Positions 56,228 through 64,000 of a stretch of DNA of 64,000 bases are shown here, piece after piece. The position numbers and the translations under genes were made by a program. The notes under the pieces were generated by a model. That model did not search any database and was not told where the DNA came from. It worked only from the letters and a program-made list of their open reading frames with translations. This DNA comes from Tetramitus jugosus (taxonomy: Eukaryota > Protista > Heterolobosea): assembly GCA_937625935.1 (NCBI GenBank), contig OW569361.1, forward strand, positions 248,001-312,000. Reading direction: 5' to 3'. The first letter of the stretch is position 1; every line of letters begins with the position of its first letter.

Positions 56228-59200
56228 CTATAGAATATGGTTGATTAATTTGAAGGACTTTTTCTCCAAGGCATGACCAATTTGCTGGAATGATGACCAC
56301 CCAACATGTTTCTTACTTTGAATACTAATAAGGAGTGGAATAATAAAGGAGAAAGTAGCTGCTTGTGTGTCATTACTATTCAACAGAGCGTATATGCGAG
56401 ACAAGAGAGACTTTTCGACTGTTGCATCCAACTTGGAGTAATGGAAGGCATTAGAGAGGGCATGAACAAGGAGAGATTTTGTTTCATGAAGATCCATCAG
56501 CACGTTAGTGGTTGAACTTACTAGACAGCGTGCAATACTTTGATTGGAGGAGAAGTAGATGGCGTACAGATCTCTGATATTGGCACACATGCTCATATGA
56601 GCAAGGAATTCCAGGGCATTTTCGAAATGCAGATCAGCATGCTTTTGAGATTGTTTGTTATGGCTAGGAGCAGTTAAAATTAAAGCCTGTTGTAATGGGG
56701 AGAGTTGCTCAACCAATACGAAGCTAATCATATCTATTGTTTCTCTGAGCCATTGTGCACAGCTTGACTGAGTTGTATAAGAACAAACAATTTCACCAAG
56801 TAGCGCAGAGAATATTTTGCTCGTGAACTCATTGGTGTCAGACTTCATACAAACTTGACGAACAGGCTTCATACCAACTGAGATGTTCTCGCAGTTTTGC
56901 TTCTGATCGTTCAAACTAATTAGTGTGTGTAGCATTAAATCAACAGTGGTTTGAATTCCACCATAGAAGTCTCGAGTCAATACCTTTGGCATGCGAGAAA
57001 TACATGCAGCCAACTCATTAATAGTTCTGACTGACTCCGCGTTGATCGAGTAAGCTTGCTTAAGTTCATCTGAGTCTGTGGCTTTCTGTTGTACCACAGA
57101 TATGAGAGGAGTTGGCTGATTTATGACAATTTTTTCAACTTCTTCCTTAATTTTTGGCAGGAGTGCCTTGACATGAGAGACAAGTGCTTGATCTGCGCAG
57201 TGTCCTTCCTTTAAGTGTTTAAAAGCTGTCAGAATATATGGGAAGTGCGCTGAGGAAATGAAAGAGAGCGCGCACAGATCTGATAGGAATGAGCAACCTC
57301 TGATTGAAGGGAACAGGGATATCAATGTGGCAAATAAATTCTCGCATATTTCTTTCTGGAGATCAGTCTCTAACGCCTGGAAGTGAACTTTCTCACAGAT
57401 TGAACTTAACATTTTGAGAGAGGCCGACTTGGAAGAAGCACTTTGTGCATCTTTGCAAAGCATTCTAAAACATAACTTACGTAGCTCGATACGAATATTA
57501 TGTTCAGAGATCATATTGTTATGATGACCCGAAAGAGCTCTCAATAAGTTTTGAACAATTCTTGACCAGAGAATTTTTGGCAATGAGTTGTTACTTAGGA
57601 ATCCCTCAAGCGCAATTTGAACGTTCAGAACTGAAGTATTCTCGCTTAAATTCTTCAACTCTCTCAATTCTAGGTGTACGTCCGTGAGAAGTCGAATGAA
57701 GAAGAATGATAAACCACTCTCTGATAGGTACTGCAGAGGAATTCTGTTCTCCGAGTCAGGGTCTGAAGCCTCGTCATTATCAACTGAGTAAAGTTCAGAG
57801 AGGGATGCAACTAGATAAGCACTGAATTTTCTCAATCTTGTATCAATCGTTGTCTTGTCAAGGTAGATTCGTTTTAGAGAAGCTACAGACTTTTGGATTG
57901 ATTGATAAAGCGATGACCTCTGATCCTCGTTTTGGATGGCACTGGAGAACCAATTTCTGTGTTGTGGCGAGGAAAACGCAATCTCGTACTGCTTGTTGGT
58001 CTGTTCACTCAGTCCCAAATGATCAGCAAGGGTAGATTGACTGAGTTGGGGAGCAACAAACAGATTCACTCCAAGCATAACACTGATGGAGCAAATGGAG
58101 CTAATTCTAGCACCAATATTGGCTGATTGATTGTTGTCAACAGTTTCAATCAATTTTTCAAATTGTACTTCGTATAATTGCCGAATTTCTGAGTGATGCT
58201 CATCACTATCGATTCCAGATTGGCAAAATAGGTTGAAGAGCAAGTTTGATAAGCCGATGTAGGCATAGGAATACAATTTCACAAGTGCGGGCAGTCCCTT
58301 GGTTTCAGTTTTGTTCACTAGAGTTTGATAAATATCAATGATTTCTGTGATTTCACTCCATGATATCATATGTGTAGAGTACATTGTTAAAACGACTTGT
58401 GGAAGTACGAGCAGAGCGCTTGGTTGCATGTTGCTACTTGTTAAATCTAGAGTCATTCTTACTCGATCAACAACTTCAGTATATACTGCCCTAATCGCAT
58501 CGAATTCTGCGATACGAGCTAATGCTCCCGTACACAAACTCAAACCCAGCAAATTATTGTTTAGCTGTTTCCAATCATAATCGATGCTGGAGGTGATGGA
58601 CTCAGATGCATCTGCAGACTTTGTTTTTAGAGGAAGAGGTTTCGCAAAACAAAGATCAAAGAGCCGGGCAGAAACACGCAAAACGAGATTCCTTTCAAAT
58701 TCATCCACTCCATTCGTCACAACTCCTTCATTCATACACATACCCTTGATGATTAGCCCAAGAGCAATGCTGGATGATAGTGAGTTAATCGAAGCGAACT
58801 CATCATCAGTCAGAGTATCGATTTGACCCAAGAGAATGTCAACAATGGATGTGATCTGAGCTGGCACATGCAGTTCATATGATGCTGCGGCCAGGGTCAT
58901 ATTACAGGCAAAAAGAACCCATTCTTGAGGTTCTGATGCGATGAGCTCCTTGAGGAGTGTGACTACCTTTTCAACATTTTGATGAGCATGCGATGGTAAA
59001 CTCAGACATAGACCAGCCAAAGCCAGAATCGCATTCTCAGTTCTTGTAGGAATTGTTGAATTATTGATGATTCCTTTCAGATAATTGAATATCGAATCGA
59101 AGGCTGAGTCATATGGTTTTTGATTCTTTGACTTGTCTTGTTCTTCTTCTGCAACTAATGCCTGGTAGTATCTGTTGACCAGAGTACTAAATCCTTCGAC

Positions 59201-62098
59201 TAGCAAAAAATGTGCATAATAGTCCTCAACACTTGCTCCAATATTAATATCAGCAATCATCTCAGCTAAAACTCGCTTATATTGATCAGCAGTAGATTTA
59301 TGACTCGGAGCAACGATAGGATTCCACAGTTTAGCAGCTATTGTATTTTGATCAATGGTTGCTCGTTTTGATAAGTCGTTCGATAGGAAGAGTCGCAAAT
59401 TAGTAATTACATCAAGAACAGTGTTCGTTGACAGAGATGGAGCCGTCGCGGAGACTTTTCTTAATCCCTGTGGAGTTCGAAGCTCGGCTTTCAAAATCAT
59501 ATTCACTAGCTTCTTAATTTGAGAGCGAACTACTTGTGACGTATCTACAGATAGTTTTTGCATTATGATTGATCCAAATTCTAATAGAATTTGTTTACGT
59601 ATCTCCTGCTGTGCAAATAGACCTTCTTCTTTCTTTTCTTCCCGATCGTCTTCCTGACTTGCTGGCTCCTCTTTCTTTAGAACGTATAAGTGTGCACGGA
59701 GTGGATATTCTGCCAGAGATTCGAATGCTGCTTCTCTAACTAACTCTGAAGTGTGATCGGTGTAACTCCACAACATAATCATAAGTTGTTTCACATCCTC
59801 TTTGTTCTCTGAATCAAAATCTAAGAACAAGTTGTATTCATCCTCTTCTCTTGCAAGCTTAATTTTATCTTCCTCTTCAATTGTCTTAGCATTGTCAAAG
59901 TCTACGGATTCGGAACGAATTCCAAACCTTAGGAGTTTACACATGTGCTGTAGGACTGATGTGTGTCTCGCAGATTGTTGAATAATATTCGAGGCAATCA
60001 ATTTAAACCAAACAATATTAAAGTCCACTTGGTCTCCAGCACACAAATAATAGAGGGCTTGTAAACCAAAACCAAGCACTGTAGGGTTGTTGTCTTGACA
60101 AAGAATTCGGGAGATCAAAGACAGTAACTCTAAACCTTTCTTTGGTTGATGTTCACAGATGTCTCTAATACAAGAAGCCAAACTAATTCTAACTTCCAAA
60201 TCAAATTTGTTCAGTCGTTGTATGTCAATGAATGTTGTATCTGAGTGATACTCGGATTTCTCCAAGAGAGTTGTCTTCAATTTGCCAAAGAATCTATCAT
60301 TCTCTTTCCACAGATTTGTCAATTGCCGAAGGACAATAGGAACAAGCGATGGTTCCGTCATTAGAGAATTCAACACACGAACAATGGGTGTAACACAGAC
60401 AAAACTTCTTGTTCCAAGTTTGGGTAGTGTTGATATAAGATCCAACCGAGCATCCGCATTGTTTTCTCTCGATAGTTCAAACAAAAATAGAGGTTGGAAG
60501 AAGAGTCCACATCGTACAGGATCCAATGTTTGGCAAATATGTTTGATAGTCTCACATGCTTGTGATCTAGTTTTTGTTCCACTTTCAGTGTGACACATGG
60601 TTCTAGATGCTATGAAAATCAAACCCAGGATGACGCACATGTTGTCAACAGATTCGATTATGGGTTTTGCTTCATCCCGCGACATGTTGCTCTTAATGTT
60701 AGAACTTAAGCCTCTCAACCAGTTTGAAACGAAATTCACATTGAGAAGCTCATGTTCAGAGTCGAAAAAGTGGTCAATTAACACATAGTGTGGTCTAAGA
60801 ATCGAAACAACACCTCTTGTAAACAGAGGATCAATATCAGAGAGATGTGATGAGAGAGCGTCTGATTCATGTTCGACATACTCCTTTTGTTGACGATCCG
60901 TCCAATACTGTTTTTGTTCAAGCGCATTCTCTAGGGATAATATTCCCTTCATGAGGTTCAACGATTCGTTGGCCATCTGTTGAATCGGAGTAGATGCGGT
61001 AGAAAGAACACTCATAAAAGAAGCAGCGCACATGAGAACTGTACTAATGTACAGAGTATAGAATGAACACTCTTGAATAATGTGCAGTTTAGAGCCACAG
61101 CCAGTATAAAACTGATAAAAGTCCTCAGTATCACTTGTCACATATTCCACAATCTTGAACAGAATTGAAGTATAGGCATTCAATTCGAGCTCTGTCGCAG
61201 CAGAGTTCATTTGCAGACATATGATTGGTGTAAATTGAATGAGATAACCTGGTTCCAATTCTAGCATGCGAACAATTTCAGTGAAGCACGGCTCATTATC
61301 AATCTTTAATCGCTTGATATCATCCAACAGTGATAGCATGTGCCTGAACAACATACAAATCATTTGACTGATTGCATACTGGTGCTTTAGATTGTTTTCA
61401 TTGTTGTCGTTGCTAATGATTAACAATGCATCCAATATTTCTCTGCAGGGAGCAACGCATGATGTATCGACATCTGACGCGTCAATACTGAAGCATGGAA
61501 CATAGTGAAATAGATGAGAAATGATTGCAAAGCAAAAATCAAATCGGTTTCTAGTGCGATACAGTTGAAGTGCAACTCGTACAGTATCATGAATCAATCG
61601 ATATCTCAATGCGTTCGAAGCATAGTTTTGTGTTTGATTCTTCATTGATGCACTTGTTGTTCCAGTGGTGGTCATTGGAGAGCCAGAGGATGGTGATTGC
61701 TGCTGTTGTTGACCTACAGTTGTTTGTGCACCAACAACAACAACACTAGCAGATGATGATGACAACAATTGTCTGCTCGTCAATACATGAGTGTAGAATG
61801 GAGATACAAATTGAATTGTTGACTTGAGGATTGAATTGCTATTGTTGTTGTTGTTGTTGTTGTTTTCACTGACAGCATCATTCACATCAACACTTTGCTT
61901 CTTCTTCTTTTGATCCAGTGCAGGAACAGTGTAGAACAAGAGAGGCAACTGATGAATAATCTCAGGTATGGACTCTGGTCTATTCTGTGCCAATGTGACC
62001 AATGATTGACCACATTGCTTCACCATGCGATCATGTTCATTTCTACTCTGTTTCTTCTTCTGCTTCTTCTTTTGTGTAACACTTGTTGTAGTCTCACT

Positions 62099-62142
<44 letters not shown>

Positions 62143-62491
62143 CATGAGAAATCTTGAACAAGAGACAATTGATGAGACCACGTGTCAAATGAGGCAACAC
62201 TTGAATGGGAATCGTAATGGCAAATCTCGTCAATGAACTGGTCAATTTGTCCACATCGGCATAACCCAATCGACACAACTCTAGTATCGTATCAATGGTT
62301 GATGTTCCAATGGTGAGATTGTCACTGTGAATCATTGAGTAGAGTGTTTTGATGATGATACGAGTGGCATTGGAGTTGTTTTGAGATTGACACAGGGGAA
62401 TGAAGGATCGAATGGCTTGTCGTTGAACATTGGGTTCACGACTCTTGATTCTCTCCTTTAAAATGTCAATCTTTTCTTCCAATAGTGTCAT
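56228..62491 (-). CDS. FOCAD: Focadhesin/RST1-like HEAT/ARM protein (DUF3730)
   Basis: Single 2087-aa ORF. LDLISTLPKL, RQLTNLWKENDRFF, ISLASCIRDICEHQP and LQALYYLCAGDQVDFNIVW resemble the DUF3730 region. Confidence 0.75.
62099..62140. repeat. (TGA)14 microsatellite encoding poly-Ser in the Focadhesin-like N-terminus
   Basis: Perfect trinucleotide run visible in the sequence. Confidence 0.9.
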
Positions 62492-62612
62492 ATGTGTGTG
62501 TAGTGGTGTGTAGTGGTGGTGGTCGTGTGCTTGTTTTTTTACACAAAGTTTCTCTAGAGGATGAGTTCGTCAGGGAAAAAAAAACATACACAAAACAACA
62601 ACACTTGTGAGC

Positions 62613-63779
62613 ATGCATCGAATCGGATATCATGGCAACAGAGTCACGTCAATGATGACTCACATGTCTGGTGCACCATCATCACTCAATATTCTCGTGC
62701 CATTCTACCACTCTCCTTTTTTCCTAGCACGTGCCACCACCATCACACCACATTCAATCTTCAATCAACAACAACAACATTATTTTTCCACCTCCATCAC
62801 TGCAACTGCAACACAGGTGAAGAAGCAAGAGTCAACAACAGCAACAACAATTGAACAACAAGAAGAAGAAAATGTTGATGAACAACCAACAGTCAATCAT
62901 CATCATCATGAGAAGAAGCAGAGGAAGAATGCTCCTCCTACTCCTCGTCTCGTCAAAAAAGTGTACAACAAGGATCATGTCAACGCACCTGCTCCACCAT
63001 TTGTACTCTTCTTCAAGAAGTATTTGGATCATTTGAAAGTCATGTTGGAAACTGAGGAGAGAGATGGAGTGTTGTTGGCACATGGCATACCTCCCAGATA
63101 CAAGCAGCAACAGAAGCAGAAGCAGAAACAGTCTAGTAGTAGTGATAATAGTGGTGCTATTGATGGATTGGTGGAAGGAGGAGAAGCAGAAGGAGACGAA
63201 GCAGAAGCAGAAGAAGCACAAATCTTGGAAAAGTCGTTTGATTTGAGTGAGACGAGTCCATTTCGCAACAAGATTCAAATCAAATTATCACTGTTGGCCA
63301 CTCGAGTCTGGTATGATGACAAGTGTATGGAACAGGAGAAGAAACAAGTCATGGAGCAGTATCGGACCATGAGATTGCAATTCGTTGAGCAGAGAGCAGC
63401 ACAGGAACGCAAGATCAAGTATGAGAGAGCAGTGAGAAGATTGTTGGGTGGACAGACCAATACCGAAATGACGGAGCAAATTGCAGCTCGGTTGATTGAG
63501 AGAGATGTGCCCTATCCAAAGCGAGTTTCATTCTATTTCACATTTAGAACACTAAAGGACAGAGAGGTGTATGAGCAGAACCCTGGTATCGACAGCAAAG
63601 CAGCATCCAAGATTCTATCCAAGTTGTACTCTGAGATGACAGCAGAAGAGTATGAGAAAGTGCAGGCTCTGTATGCTCAACCGTTTAGTGACTATTGGAA
63701 GACGAAGGAAAATTTTGCAAAGCAAGTTGGCGCCATTTATCAAGAGTTGATGAAGGAACACTTGGAAGGACAACAATAA
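62613..63779 (+). CDS. Double HMG-box protein with a putative mitochondrial presequence (TFAM/Abf2-like)
   Basis: Acid-free N-terminus ending HYFSTS. HMG-like PAPPFVLFFKKY...ATRVW and PKRVSFYFTF...NPGIDSKAASKILSKLYSEMTAEEYEKV. Confidence 0.65.
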   Translation: MHRIGYHGNRVTSMMTHMSGAPSSLNILVPFYHSPFFLARATTITPHSIFNQQQQHYFSTSITATATQVKKQESTTATTIEQQEEENVDEQPTVNHHHHEKKQRKNAPPTPRLVKKVYNKDHVNAPAPPFVLFFKKYLDHLKVMLETEERDGVLLAHGIPPRYKQQQKQKQKQSSSSDNSGAIDGLVEGGEAEGDEAEAEEAQILEKSFDLSETSPFRNKIQIKLSLLATRVWYDDKCMEQEKKQVMEQYRTMRLQFVEQRAAQERKIKYERAVRRLLGGQTNTEMTEQIAARLIERDVPYPKRVSFYFTFRTLKDREVYEQNPGIDSKAASKILSKLYSEMTAEEYEKVQALYAQPFSDYWKTKENFAKQVGAIYQELMKEHLEGQQ

Positions 63780-63865
63780 ATGACATCTTGAAATTAGATA
63801 AACAAGAGGAATATTTATGATATATGATGAGTGTACAATGTAGTGCAGTGCAATCCAACCCGAGT

Positions 63866-64000
63866 TTACACTTGTTGGGATTGCTGTCTCAAGTTCTTCA
63901 ACTTTTGAATGTGTTCCATAATATCCTGTACATTTCTGTTCAAATCTCTATTGTTCATGAGTTCTGAACGACTGAAGCTTCTTAATCTGGTTGGTGCCTT
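63866..64000 (-). CDS. 3' end of a gene running off the window
   Basis: Open frame KAPTRLRSFSRSELMNNRDLNRNVQDIMEHIQKLKNLRQQSQQV* from the window edge, convergent with the HMG gene. Confidence 0.5.
   Translation of the reverse strand, partial: KAPTRLRSFSRSELMNNRDLNRNVQDIMEHIQKLKNLRQQSQQV

Noticed and set aside
1-64000. Alternative genetic code, CRISPR arrays, transposase or retroelement ORFs, U12-type introns
   Set aside because: Conserved genes translate with the standard code and use all three stops. No repeat-spacer arrays, RT/integrase/transposase motifs or RTATCCTT donors were seen.

Overview
This is a very gene-dense, AT-rich eukaryotic nuclear window using the standard genetic code. 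It has short GT-AG spliceosomal introns (mostly GTATGT/GTAAGT donors, CTAAC/CTAAT branch points) and intergenic gaps often under 150 bp. The organisation resembles a free-living protist such as a heterolobosean (Discoba); this is an inference. A Tectonic gene implies a flagellate stage. About 33 protein-coding genes can be supported, including MAU2, POLD3, ARMC8, TMEM53, Tectonic, ASNSD1, NDUFB4, THOC2, TRIC, NAP1, an SPFH protein, Rab32/38, TUL1, an NCS-type EF-hand protein, RPS4, YbeY, CEPT and Focadhesin/RST1. There are also two tRNAs (Gln-TTG, Ala-AGC), a U61-like box C/D snoRNA and two probable pseudogenes (AlkB-like, NT5C-like). The most notable observations are: (1) a catalytically dead kinesin with coiled-coil, PH and SWIRM-like domains, resembling trypanosome PH1; (2) a PRAS40/AKT1S1-like TORC1 regulator in a non-animal genome; (3) a tRNA-Gln with a tRNA-Glu-like body and U1-A72; (4) two intronless genes with prokaryote-type domains (DUF2082 zinc ribbon, SBBP propeller); (5) an orphan 7-TM protein; (6) a mitochondrial double-HMG protein; (7) two pseudokinase architectures. 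All family assignments come from motif recognition by eye; no database searches were run.
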